Shown: piece by piece, positions 19,482 through 28,971 of the stretch | How the letters are laid out: every line of letters begins with the position of its first letter | Position numbering within the stretch: the first letter of the stretch is position 1 | Assembly: GCA_963744145.1 (NCBI GenBank) | Contig: CAVUSO010000001.1 | Span: forward strand, 1,568,001-1,632,000 | Direction of reading: 5' to 3' | DNA: 64,000 nucleotides | From: an uncultured cyanobacterium | GTDB taxonomy: Bacteria; Cyanobacteriota; Cyanobacteriia; Cyanobacteriales; CAWUOF01 | The notes under the pieces: model-generated | The model's input: the letters and a program-made list of their open reading frames with translations, nothing else | Told to the model about the DNA's origin: nothing | Database searches by the model: none | Position numbers and translations under genes: made by a program

Positions 19482-20306
19482 ATGAGTAGTATACTCGAAA
19501 ATATAAAAGAATGTTTAGATGACTCTAACAAATACAGAGAACGGGGAGACTTCTATTCTGAGCAAAAAAAATATAAGCAAGCTCTTGAAGAATATGCTAG
19601 GTCTCTGGAAAGATTTGAAATATATCTGCGGCTTACCGAAACAACTGCGGGAAAAACATATTATGAAGGAAACATTTGGCCTAATGTACTTTTTTCGATG
19701 GCTAGGATATTTATGAAGATTAAAACTTGCTATTTTGAGCAGGAAGATTATGCTAAAGCTGCATTTTTTATCAAAATCTTAAAAGAAATTGCCAAAAATT
19801 TAGATGGATTTAAAACTAGTTTTAATATAGAAATGTTAAACTCTTACGAAACATTAATTGAAGGATTAAAATATAGTGAAGCTTTAGTTAGTGTAAAAAA
19901 AGATATAAGTGATTTAAAGAATCAATCTAACAAAGTAGATGATTCTGATGAAATTTTTAAGAAAATTTGTTTAGAATTAGATAGATGTTGTTCTTATCAT
20001 ATATGTCCTTTACCTGCTAGAGGAATTGATAAGAAAGCTCCTTATGGTAGTAGTAGTAATTCTTGCTTCATCGCAACAGCAGCCTTCTCAACTTCTGTAC
20101 ATCCAGACTTAGACACATTCCGTAGTTTTCGAGATGAAAAACTTTTAACCAATTTGATTGGTAAGCAGCTAGTTAATCTCTACTATAAAATCGGACCCAC
20201 TATAGCTCAATATGTGGAAAAACAGCCAGGAATCAAAACTTTTCTAAAACAGCAACTAGGGCATTTAGCAAAGTGGATGCGTAGCCGAGGAGTTACAAGT
20301 AGGTAA
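19482..20306 (+). CDS. TPR-like helical protein with C-terminal CFI-box-CTERM domain, copy B
   Basis: SCFIATAAFS...LDTFRSFRDEKL...YYKIGP C-terminus, GGAG RBS. Confidence 0.8.
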   Translation: MSSILENIKECLDDSNKYRERGDFYSEQKKYKQALEEYARSLERFEIYLRLTETTAGKTYYEGNIWPNVLFSMARIFMKIKTCYFEQEDYAKAAFFIKILKEIAKNLDGFKTSFNIEMLNSYETLIEGLKYSEALVSVKKDISDLKNQSNKVDDSDEIFKKICLELDRCCSYHICPLPARGIDKKAPYGSSSNSCFIATAAFSTSVHPDLDTFRSFRDEKLLTNLIGKQLVNLYYKIGPTIAQYVEKQPGIKTFLKQQLGHLAKWMRSRGVTSR

Positions 20307-20376
20307 TATAAATTTTTGCGATCGCCTATTTTTCAGACATGGTAATCAAAATAATTTAACTGAGGATGTAGCTAAT

Positions 20377-20560
20377 ATGGAAATTTTGGAAAATCGCCAA
20401 GAAATATGGTATGAAAAAGGTAAGGAGTTACGTTAGCAAGGTGAGTTTATAGGTGCGATCGCTGCATTCGATCAAGCTATAGCGATTAAAAACGACTTCC
20501 ATCAAGCTTGGTTTTTCAAGGGTATTGTGCTGAATTATTTAGAACGCTATGAGGATGCAA
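20377..20560 (+). pseudogene. truncated TPR gene (copy B)
   Basis: Matches the start of 26467-27840, with GAG->TAG at 20434-20436; homology ends at 20560. Confidence 0.85.
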
Positions 20561-20674
20561 CACACAAAGAGAGGCTTTCAAGAATCATCCTCAACCACCA
20601 CAATCAACTCAGTAGTGAAACATCAATCTGTCTATCAGTTTATAGGTAATTTCAACATATTGGAGATGTAAATA

Positions 20675-21753
20675 ATGCATTCTGTAAAAGGTGTAGATTA
20701 CACAAACTTACAACACTTGTTATCTGAAGGAAGATGGAAAGAAGCTGATTTAGAAACAGGTAAAAAAATGTGTGAAGTGATGGGGCGAGAAAAAGAAGGT
20801 AGTTTAACAGTCCAGGATATTAATAATTTTCCCAGTGAAGACTTACGCATAATTGATCAGCTTTGGGTAAAAGCTAGTAACGGTCATTTTGGTTTTTCAG
20901 TGCAGAAACGTATTTATGAAAGTCTGGGTGGAACCAAACGCTATTTAGGCGGAAATCAATATTATGATGAGAAAATCTGGAAAGCTTATGTTGCTCGCGT
21001 TGGCTGGTATTTAAGTGGACTTAATGGATGGATAGACTACAATGACCATACATTTCCAAGTAATGATTCATTCGACGGCCACCTACCAAGGGGAGGGTTT
21101 ACATTTACTTCCCAAGGGGGATACGCAGTCATTTCTTTAGGAGATTCTGGTTGGCACCAACTTCTTTTGCGAATGGACACAATTGATGGTAAGCAAACCA
21201 ATAAGCCTTTAGAAATAAAAGTTCTCGATTCAGTAAAAGGTGTAGATTACACAAATTTACAACGTTTATTGGCTGAAGTAAAATGGAAAGAAGCTGATAT
21301 AGAAACGCGCAAAAAAATGTTGGAAGTAATGGGGCGGCACAAAGTTTATAACGGTACTCTAAGACTCGAAGATATTAACAATTTTCCCTGCGAAATTTAC
21401 GCACAATTGATAAACTTTGGGTGAAATACAGTAACGGTCATTTTGGTTTTTCGGTGCAAAAGCATATCTATGAAGCTCTGGGTGGAACCTGGTCTTATAA
21501 TGAGAACACAGAACATCCAATATATAATGAGACTATCTGGACTACTTTTGGCGATCGCGTCGGTTGGAGAAGAAGGGGAGAAGGATGGAATTGGTGGACA
21601 AAAGAATGGATAAAAGACGATGACTTTATCTTCTCAGTCAATTCCCCTAAAGGTCATCTTCCAGGAGGAGCAGGTAGAAATATAGTGGGGTGGGATCATA
21701 GGATAGCCATTTTTGCTCGGATCAAGGTTTTTGCTAGTTATTTTTTCCCATAA
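20675..21753 (+). pseudogene. tandem two-GUN4-domain gene with 1-bp frameshift
   Basis: Two GVDYTNLQ..L...WKEAD.ET...FP..DL..ID.LWVK.SNGHFGFSVQK domains. Adding one G near 21395 restores FPCEDLRTIDKLWVK and joins the two ORFs. Confidence 0.8.
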
Positions 21754-21866
21754 CAATAATTTCTTTTAATAAGTGGAGAGCTTTTTTGCATGAGGTGCTA
21801 AAATGATCATATTGGCTTTTCTCATGATCTTTTTCAGAATGGCGATCGCGTTGCTCTTAACAAAAA

Positions 21867-22718
21867 ATGTACGATAACATTTGTAAATTTATCGCCGAAA
21901 ACTTTAGTGATGATCTGGCGAGTTGGTTATTGGGAACTCCCGTAAAGTTAACCAAACTAAACCCAAGGGAGTTATCTTTAGAACCGATCCGGATGGACTC
22001 TCTGATTTTACAACAGTCAGAAGAGTTAGTTTTGCACACAGAATTTCAAACCGAGCCAGATCCAACAATTCCCTTTCGGATGCTAGATTATCGTGTCCGA
22101 GGATATCGTTGCTTTCCTGACAAGGAAATGCGTCAGATCGTGGTGTACTTGCGACCCACCAATTCGGAATTAGTGAGACAAACCAGTTTTAGATTAAGTC
22201 GGACTCATCACGAGTTTGATGTAATTCGGCTCTGGGAACAACCAACAGAGATATTTCTATCTGCACCAGGGTTATTACCGTTTGCAGTGTTGAGTCGGAC
22301 ACCAGAACCAGAGTTAGTATTAAATCAGGTAGCGAGGAGCATTGACCAAATTACCGATCGCAATGTTCAAAGTAATATCTGTGCATCCACAGCGATTTTA
22401 GCTGGATTAAGATTAAATGGAGAAGTAATTACTAGACTATTAAGGAGAGAGATTATGCGTGAATCAGTCATCTATCAAGAGATTTTGCATGAAGGGTTAC
22501 AGGGAGGAGTAGAGCAAGGGATAGAAATCGGCAAACAACAAGGGATAGAAATCGGCAAACAACAAGGGATAGAAATCGGCAAACAACAAGGGTTACAACA
22601 GTTACAGGAAGCAAAAGAGGGAATAGCTATCAATTTGCTCAAAACTGGGATGACGGTGGAGCAAGTGGTTACTTTTACTGGGTTATCTGTAGAACAAGTA
22701 CAGCATTTACAGCAGTAG
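21867..22718 (+). CDS. Rpn family nuclease/putative transposase, copy C
   Basis: Nearly identical to copies A and B, with three GIEIGKQQ repeats. Confidence 0.85.
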   Translation: MYDNICKFIAENFSDDLASWLLGTPVKLTKLNPRELSLEPIRMDSLILQQSEELVLHTEFQTEPDPTIPFRMLDYRVRGYRCFPDKEMRQIVVYLRPTNSELVRQTSFRLSRTHHEFDVIRLWEQPTEIFLSAPGLLPFAVLSRTPEPELVLNQVARSIDQITDRNVQSNICASTAILAGLRLNGEVITRLLRREIMRESVIYQEILHEGLQGGVEQGIEIGKQQGIEIGKQQGIEIGKQQGLQQLQEAKEGIAINLLKTGMTVEQVVTFTGLSVEQVQHLQQ

Positions 22719-22838
22719 CTGAGTCAGTAAAAGCGATCGCATGAGTGAGACCTAAGCATGACTGTTAAAAATTATCCGGGCTGCGATCGATATTGTAGAT
22801 GAATCCAGTTAATTTATTAAGCGATCGCATCTAAAAAC

Positions 22839-24209
22839 TTAGCCCGGATATCCTTCTTGTAGATATTTTTTCATAAGATAATTAAGCTGAAAATAAGTCT
22901 GTTTTCCTTCAGATTTAGAATCTAGTAATAGCCGTCTTCCCAAAGATTGGATCGCATTTAATAAGTCTGAAGTAGCTAACTTGTTGCTGTTGATAATTTG
23001 TGATAATGTTATCGGTGCATCCTCCTGAGCCAGATCAATTATAATTTCTTTTTCTGAGGGTGCTAGTCGCTCATATTGTCCTTTTAGTTGCACTTGCAAA
23101 GATTCGCATAAAATCAAACTTTCACATTGGAGAAATTCAGAAACTTTACCTGCAAATAACTCTTGAATCATTAGAGCAGTAAACTCTAACCAGAGCGGAT
23201 TTCCTTGGTAAGTATTAATTAAAGTTTCCCAGGTTTCTTCATCTAATAAATTATGTTCTCTCAATATTTCTTTAGCTGCTATACCTAAATTACTTAATAC
23301 TAAAGAGCGATCGGGACTATTTGATCGCTCTGATTTGGCAAAGTCTCTGATTTTTTCGGAACTAATTAACATTAAGCAACTGTGATGAGAAGTTTTTGCT
23401 AATCGTCTAAAAAATAGAGGATAATTTTCTAAGGTTGGTTGATATTCTCCAGCAAATTTACCGCTCCTAAAAAGCATCTGTACATCATCAAGAATAATCA
23501 AGCATCGATAGTTTCGCAGGTAATTAAGGAGTTGGGAAAGTTGCTTTTCAATATTGTGATTAATTTCTGGAGTTTCACAGAAGTTTTGGAGCAAGTTACT
23601 GAGGGTTGTTTCTAGGGTTGGAGAAAAACAAAGACTGTAGTAAATAACATAATCAAAGTTAGTTTTTATTTGTTCAATTAAACGGAGAGTTAGTGCAGTT
23701 TTACCAATTCCGCTCATTCCCAAAAGCTCGATCAGACGACAGCGATCGCTGATAATCCAATGTTCTAGAGTAGCGAGTTCCGTGGTGCGATCGTAAAAGC
23801 TGAATATTTCTGGTGCATCACCTAAGTTAATTTGGGGTTGTTTAGGGGTTTGTTGGGGAGGTTGAGGAGATTTTGGCGATCGGGATTTTTCTTGACAAAA
23901 ATTGACGTTATTAACTGTTCCATAATTTTGACCAATAGCTGATGAATAACTAAACCTTGCTCTTTCTAGGATCGCTCTAACATTACCTTTACTAACCTCT
24001 TCGTCTAATACCTCTGAAAGTATTTTCCATAATTCAGAAGCAGCAACTCTAACATAACCCTCAGTACAATCACGGTCTTGGGCTATCTTGGCATATTTCC
24101 GACCTTGGAGAGCTTCTTTTAAAATAGCCTCTTGCAGATCATCTAAGTGTTGTCCAGTTTTGGCAAAAACTCTTTCATCGGCGAATCTTAAAACTTCCTT
24201 AAGCTCCAT
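22839..24209 (-). CDS. HTH-NB-ARC (STAND) ATPase, copy C
   Basis: Same length (456 aa) and near-identical ATPase core to copy B; N-terminal ~105 aa strongly diverged. Confidence 0.85.
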   Translation of the reverse strand: MELKEVLRFADERVFAKTGQHLDDLQEAILKEALQGRKYAKIAQDRDCTEGYVRVAASELWKILSEVLDEEVSKGNVRAILERARFSYSSAIGQNYGTVNNVNFCQEKSRSPKSPQPPQQTPKQPQINLGDAPEIFSFYDRTTELATLEHWIISDRCRLIELLGMSGIGKTALTLRLIEQIKTNFDYVIYYSLCFSPTLETTLSNLLQNFCETPEINHNIEKQLSQLLNYLRNYRCLIILDDVQMLFRSGKFAGEYQPTLENYPLFFRRLAKTSHHSCLMLISSEKIRDFAKSERSNSPDRSLVLSNLGIAAKEILREHNLLDEETWETLINTYQGNPLWLEFTALMIQELFAGKVSEFLQCESLILCESLQVQLKGQYERLAPSEKEIIIDLAQEDAPITLSQIINSNKLATSDLLNAIQSLGRRLLLDSKSEGKQTYFQLNYLMKKYLQEGYPG

Positions 24210-24250
24210 AAGTCATGCTTTGGATAATTTTTACTAATATTACCAAAGTT

Positions 24251-24300
24251 TTTATAACATTTTACATAACATTATGTAACTTTTTCTAACAGGCTCAAAC
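24251..24300. promoter_or_regulatory. phased direct repeats (candidate operator) in the divergent promoter
   Basis: ATAAC/ATAAC/GTAAC/CTAAC/CAAAC at 24254, 24266, 24276, 24286, 24296. Plus-strand TATGAT at 24326-24331. Confidence 0.55.
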
Positions 24301-24357
24301 AACTAATCGTCCAAAGCAGCCATTGTATGATATTTGAGTAACTTCGGAGAAGCAAAA

Positions 24358-24624
24358 ATGCCTAGCCCAAGTGGTTGGAAATCTATCGGTAAAATTGATG
24401 GAGTTGATTGGGAAATCAAAGAAAAAAAGCACGGTCGATTTTTTCTTATGCGGTCTGTTGGAACTCAATATGACCCTAACGATCCTGATTATCCTCACAC
24501 TCTAGTTGAACTTGAAAATGGCCAATTAACTGGCTTTCAGCACAATTCAGATGATAGACACGGGATGAAGTTCGGAACACGGGATGTAATTATGGCGGCA
24601 GCAAGGATTGTTTTGAGCATTTAG
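24358..24624 (+). CDS. small hypothetical protein (88 aa)
   Basis: ATG at 24358 after GGAG; contains YPHT and FQHN motifs; no counterpart in copy B. Confidence 0.6.
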   Translation: MPSPSGWKSIGKIDGVDWEIKEKKHGRFFLMRSVGTQYDPNDPDYPHTLVELENGQLTGFQHNSDDRHGMKFGTRDVIMAAARIVLSI

Positions 24625-24726
24625 AGTCGTTGCATGATACTTGATTAAGATTTGCTGTTCGACTTTGCAGTGTTATAGCCGCTCTTGTTGTATATAATCT
24701 ACTTAGGTAAATGAGGCAAATATTCA

Positions 24727-24954
24727 ATGTCTAATAAACCATTTAAGGACGAAAGAAAACAAAATCGTGAATCAGCACAAAAGGATGTTGATAATGTCGT
24801 GAAAGAATTACATTTAACACCAGATGAAAGAGATAAATTACATGATGAATTAGGTGAAGATTATCTCGGATACCATGAAATTCTTGATAGAGCTAAATCT
24901 CTGTTTTCTAAACGTCATGTTAATTATAAAAATGGAGAAAAAGATCGCTGGTAG
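24727..24954 (+). CDS. small helical protein, toxin-tip-like (75 aa)
   Basis: GAGG RBS; KELHLTPDERDKLHDEL...GYHEILDRAK. Confidence 0.6.
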   Translation: MSNKPFKDERKQNRESAQKDVDNVVKELHLTPDERDKLHDELGEDYLGYHEILDRAKSLFSKRHVNYKNGEKDRW

Positions 24955-25056
24955 TCAATGGTTATGCTGTAAAAATAAAGGGTTTATCAAACCGGCTAGT
25001 TAGAGTTTAGGTAATACAGAATTCAGTTGAATTTTATAAACATCAATGGAGTAGTT

Positions 25057-25239
25057 ATGGCTAGAAAAGCAATGGGTGAAGTTAAAACGCCAACAGGTTC
25101 AGTTTATACTTATTATTGGGACGAAGATACTGGTGAAGTCTATGTTGGTGGTGAATCGGCTGGTAAAGCCTCATCTGCTGATGAAGCTTTGCATAAAGCT
25201 AACTACTACGCAACTACGCTTAAACAATGGAAGGATTGA
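25057..25239 (+). CDS. conserved 60-aa module protein, copy C
   Basis: Paralog of 19018-19200, GGAG RBS. Confidence 0.75.
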   Translation: MARKAMGEVKTPTGSVYTYYWDEDTGEVYVGGESAGKASSADEALHKANYYATTLKQWKD

Positions 25240-25256
25240 TTAAGAAAATTGTGATT

Positions 25257-25470
25257 GATCGCTCTATCAAATCTGATATCTAGTGATTGAAAAAATCAAA
25301 AGAGGTTGAATTTTTGCTGGGCGATCGCACTTGCTTTCCCAAAATCCCTACTAAATCTGACTGACAACGAACAATAATTCAAATCAAAATTGTGAATTGA
25401 TCGCTCCATAAAATCTGATATCTAGTGATTGAAAAAATCAAAAGAGGTTGAGTTTTTGCTGGGCGATCGC
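25257..25470. repeat. two 72-bp HIP1-bounded imperfect hairpin repeats
   Basis: 25257-25328 and 25399-25470, nearly identical to 19360-19431. Confidence 0.8.
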
Positions 25471-25520
25471 TTTACTAAATCAACAAGTTCTAAGAAATTT
25501 TAATCCAAACGGAGTTAATT

Positions 25521-26396
25521 ATGGATGTTGCTACAGAAATACAACAATTATTGAACGCAAGTATCGGATGCAGAAACAGTGGAGACGTTTATTATGAGCA
25601 AAAAAAATATAAGCAATCTCTTGAAGAATATGCTAGAGCTCTGGAAAAATTTCAAGAATATCTAAACCTTTTTGGTGCTTTTGAAGAATCTGAGCGTCGA
25701 ATGTGTGGACATAGGACTGATTTCGATGTAGAAACCATAGGTAATGTAAAAATTAAAATTAATGTTCTTTTTCCAATGGCTGTTATATTTATTTCGATTG
25801 AAAATTGCTATATTCAACTGCGAGATTATGCTAAAGGTACGTTTTGTCTTAAAATTTTAAGACAAATTATCCAGGGGTTGGATAGAGTTAAAAATAGCCT
25901 ACATCCAGAGATATTAAAAGCCTACATAGAATATACTGAAATGTTAGATTCTTATGACCGATGTTTAAATTCAATGAAAATACTAACACTAACAGACAAA
26001 AGTGATTCTGATAATCAATCTAACGAAATTGACGATTCTGATGAGACTTTTAAAAAAATTTGTTTAGAATTAGACAAATGCTGTTCGTATCGTATATGTC
26101 CTTTGCCTGCTAGAGGAATTGATAAGAAAGCTCCTTATGATGGTAGTAATTCTTGCTTCATTGCAACAGCAGCTTACTCAACTTCTACACATCCAGACTT
26201 AGACACTTTCCGCAGTTTCCGAGATGAAAAACTTTTAACTAATTCTGTTGGTAAGCAGGTAGTTAATATCTACTATAAAATCGGTCCTACAATCGCTCAA
26301 TATGTGGACAAACAGCCAGAAATTAAAACTTTTCTAAAACAGCAACTAGGGTATTTAGCAAAGTGGATGCGTAGTCGAGGAGTTACAAGTAGGTAA
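25521..26396 (+). CDS. TPR-like helical protein with CFI-box-CTERM domain, copy C
   Basis: SCFIATAAYS C-terminal domain near-identical to copy B; N-terminal half divergent. Confidence 0.8.
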   Translation: MDVATEIQQLLNASIGCRNSGDVYYEQKKYKQSLEEYARALEKFQEYLNLFGAFEESERRMCGHRTDFDVETIGNVKIKINVLFPMAVIFISIENCYIQLRDYAKGTFCLKILRQIIQGLDRVKNSLHPEILKAYIEYTEMLDSYDRCLNSMKILTLTDKSDSDNQSNEIDDSDETFKKICLELDKCCSYRICPLPARGIDKKAPYDGSNSCFIATAAYSTSTHPDLDTFRSFRDEKLLTNSVGKQVVNIYYKIGPTIAQYVDKQPEIKTFLKQQLGYLAKWMRSRGVTSR

Positions 26397-26466
26397 TATA
26401 AATTTTGGCGATCGCCTATTTTTCAGACATGATAATCAAAATAATTTAACTTAGGATGGAGCCAAT

Positions 26467-27840
26467 ATGGAAAATTTGGAAAATAGCGAAGAAGTATGGT
26501 ATGAAAAAGGTAAGGAGTTACGTGAGCAAGGTGAGTTTATAGGTGCGATCGCTGCATTCGATCAAGCTATAGCGATTAAAAACGACTTCCATCAGGCTTG
26601 GTTTTTCAAGGGTGTTGTGCTGTATGATTTAGAACGCTATGAGGATGCAATTGCCGTATTCGATCAAGCTATAGCAATTAAAAACGACTTCGATAAGGCT
26701 TGGTTTTTCAAGGGTGTTGTGCTGAATGCTTTAGAACGCTATGAGGATGCAATTGCCGTATTCGATCACCTTATAGCAATTGAATATAACTTCTGCGATC
26801 TAGCTTGGAATAATAAGGGGCTTGCACTATGTGAATTAAAACGCTATATGGACGCAATCATAGCATTTGACCAAGCTATAGCAATTAAAAATAACTATCA
26901 TGAAGCTTGGGATTCCAAGGGTTATGCACTGTCTAAGTTAGAACGTTATGAAGATGCGATCGCTGCATTTAATCAAGCTATAGCGATTAAACACGATTTC
27001 TTCGTAGCTTGGTGGCACAAGGGTGTTGTACTGTATGATTTAGAACGCTATGAGGATGCGATCGCTGCATTCGATCAAGCTATAGCGATTGATAATGATC
27101 AATCTGCTTGGTCTCTCAAAGGTCATGCACTGACGAGTTTAGGAAATGAGCTGTGGAAATTAGAACGACATAAGGACGCGATAATTGCATTGGATCAAGC
27201 TATAGCCATTAACCATGATAACGGACTAGCTTGGTGCTACAAGGGCTGTGTTTTGAATAACTTAAAACGGTATGAAGATGCGATCATTGCATTTGACCAA
27301 GCTATAGCGATTGACCATAATTGCCACGGTGCTTGGTTATTCAAGGGCGCTACACTGAATAACTTAGAACGCTATGAGGATGCGATCACCGCATTTGATC
27401 AAGCTATAGCGATTAAACCTGACTTACATCAAGCTTGGTTTGACAAGGGTTTTACACTAAATGAATTAGAACGGTATAACGATGCGATCATAGCATTAGA
27501 CCAAGGTATAGCAATTAAATACGACGACGAAAACGCTTGGTTTAATAAAGGTTTTGCGCTGTATAACTTAAACCAGCATGAAGATGCGATCGTTGCACTA
27601 GACCAAGCTATAAAGATTAATCACAATAATGAAAGCGCTTGTTTTTATAAGGGTCGTGCACTGAGTGATTTAGGACGCGATGAGGATGCGATTATGGCAT
27701 TTGACCAGGCTATATCAATTAAGCACGACTGCCAACAAGCTTGGTTTCAGAAGAGTAAATCGTTGCGTAAATTAAAACGCGATGAGGATGCCAATGCAGC
27801 CCTTAGCAAGTTCTTTAATTTTGTTGTGGAGAAATCATAA
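26467..27840 (+). CDS. tetratricopeptide repeat protein
   Basis: About a dozen 34-aa AWxxKGxxLxxLERYEDAIxAFDQAIAI repeats. Confidence 0.92.
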   Translation: MENLENSEEVWYEKGKELREQGEFIGAIAAFDQAIAIKNDFHQAWFFKGVVLYDLERYEDAIAVFDQAIAIKNDFDKAWFFKGVVLNALERYEDAIAVFDHLIAIEYNFCDLAWNNKGLALCELKRYMDAIIAFDQAIAIKNNYHEAWDSKGYALSKLERYEDAIAAFNQAIAIKHDFFVAWWHKGVVLYDLERYEDAIAAFDQAIAIDNDQSAWSLKGHALTSLGNELWKLERHKDAIIALDQAIAINHDNGLAWCYKGCVLNNLKRYEDAIIAFDQAIAIDHNCHGAWLFKGATLNNLERYEDAITAFDQAIAIKPDLHQAWFDKGFTLNELERYNDAIIALDQGIAIKYDDENAWFNKGFALYNLNQHEDAIVALDQAIKINHNNESACFYKGRALSDLGRDEDAIMAFDQAISIKHDCQQAWFQKSKSLRKLKRDEDANAALSKFFNFVVEKS

Positions 27841-27890
27841 CTTCTAAATATGAATCTTATCCAAAATACGATCACTTCTCTTAGGATAGC

Positions 27891-27928
27891 TTCTTACAGA
27901 TTGTGTAAGTTCTTACAGATTGTCTAAG
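27891..27928. promoter_or_regulatory. 19-bp tandem duplication of a CTTACA-N5-TGTAAG palindrome
   Basis: TTCTTACAGATTGTGTAAG followed by TTCTTACAGATTGTCTAAG, just upstream of the GIY-YIG-like gene. Confidence 0.45.
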
Positions 27929-27966
27929 TGTTTCTCAGTTTGTATTCTGAAATGGAGGTTAAGCAA

Positions 27967-28413
27967 ATGGGATCTTGGAGTGATTGGCATAAATGTGAAT
28001 TTGATAGTGATGGAAATATAGATATGGGACCACTAAATGATGCACCTAATTGGCCTGGTCTTTATGCAATTGCTATGAAAGATCCAGATTACGGTGATTT
28101 TGTTGTTAATTATATTGGAATGTCAAAAAAAAGTATTTGGAAAAGGCTTGATACCCATTTTTCAGGAAGAGGTAGCAAAGTTATAGCAAGAAGATTAAAA
28201 GCTAAGAAAGATAAAGATACAACAATGTCTCGAGTGGATGCCCTTTATTTCATGTTTTTAGAGACTTCAGAATATGATGCTCCTTGGATGGAAGCTCTTT
28301 ACATAAGAGGAACAAAACCGATTGCAAATGTGCAACAGGAATTGAAGCTACCAACAGCACTAGAAAGAGCTTTACGGAATTCAGATGTTAATTTTGAACC
28401 AGAAGATGATTAA
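27967..28413 (+). CDS. GIY-YIG nuclease-like protein
   Basis: PGLYAI...NYIGMS..SIWKRLDTH...MEALYI...KPIAN fits the GIY-YIG motif order; GGAGG RBS before the ATG at 27967. Confidence 0.7.
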   Translation: MGSWSDWHKCEFDSDGNIDMGPLNDAPNWPGLYAIAMKDPDYGDFVVNYIGMSKKSIWKRLDTHFSGRGSKVIARRLKAKKDKDTTMSRVDALYFMFLETSEYDAPWMEALYIRGTKPIANVQQELKLPTALERALRNSDVNFEPEDD

Positions 28414-28555
28414 GACCTAACTATGCGATCGATCCACTAACTTATGATAGAAAAAATAAAGAAAGGTTGGGGTTTTGCTGGGCGATCTTCTTTAAGCTGC
28501 TGGGTAATTTACTTGGTTAAGCTAATGGAGAAGAAGGATAGTAGCTTTAGGAAAG

Positions 28556-28860
28556 TTTCCTAAAACAGCAACTAGGGCATTTAGCAAAGTGGATGCGTAG
28601 TCGAGGAATTACAAGTAGGTAATCTAGATTTTTGCGATCGCCCTAATCTTCTCTAAAATGCGATCGCTTCTCTTAGGAATTCCAAAAAATAAAAGCAGAA
28701 GAAGGGTGAAGCATTCGGATATAATGTTACTCCCCTTCGACTACGCTCAGGGTAAAGTTTGATCGCTTAATTGTCGCCCGAATGCTTCACCCCTACACTT
28801 AACTAAACCGTATTGCTAATTGGCATCTGGTCTTTATGCAATTGCTATAAAAGCTACAGA
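28556..28860 (+). pseudogene. decayed module tail: CFI-box gene 3' end and GIY-YIG fragment
   Basis: 28556-28622 matches the end of the CFI genes (LKQQLGHLAKWMRSRG.TSR*). 28816-28860 matches ~28046-28088. Confidence 0.7.
28704..28815. mobile_element. partial MITE/REP (right TIR only) carrying one 24-nt insert
   Basis: Same REP stem as 1219-1288 and right end CTTAACTAAACCGTATTG; insert at 28733-28756. Confidence 0.7.
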
Positions 28861-28971
28861 AAATCACGAACCTACTAGATCAGAATAGGAAATAGTTGAC
28901 GCTACAGACTCTTTTATCATCGTATTAGCAGCAAAATTACTAGCTAGTCATTGCGAAATTTATACCGATCA

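Noticed and set aside
14122..22718. Diversity-generating retroelement among near-identical gene copies
   Set aside because: No reverse transcriptase is present, and the differences are not adenine-specific.
19214..25470. CRISPR array or integron attC array interpretation of the 72-bp repeats
   Set aside because: The repeats are too long and the spacer between paired copies is the same in both modules. There are no cas or integrase genes and no RYYYAAC/GTTRRRY core.
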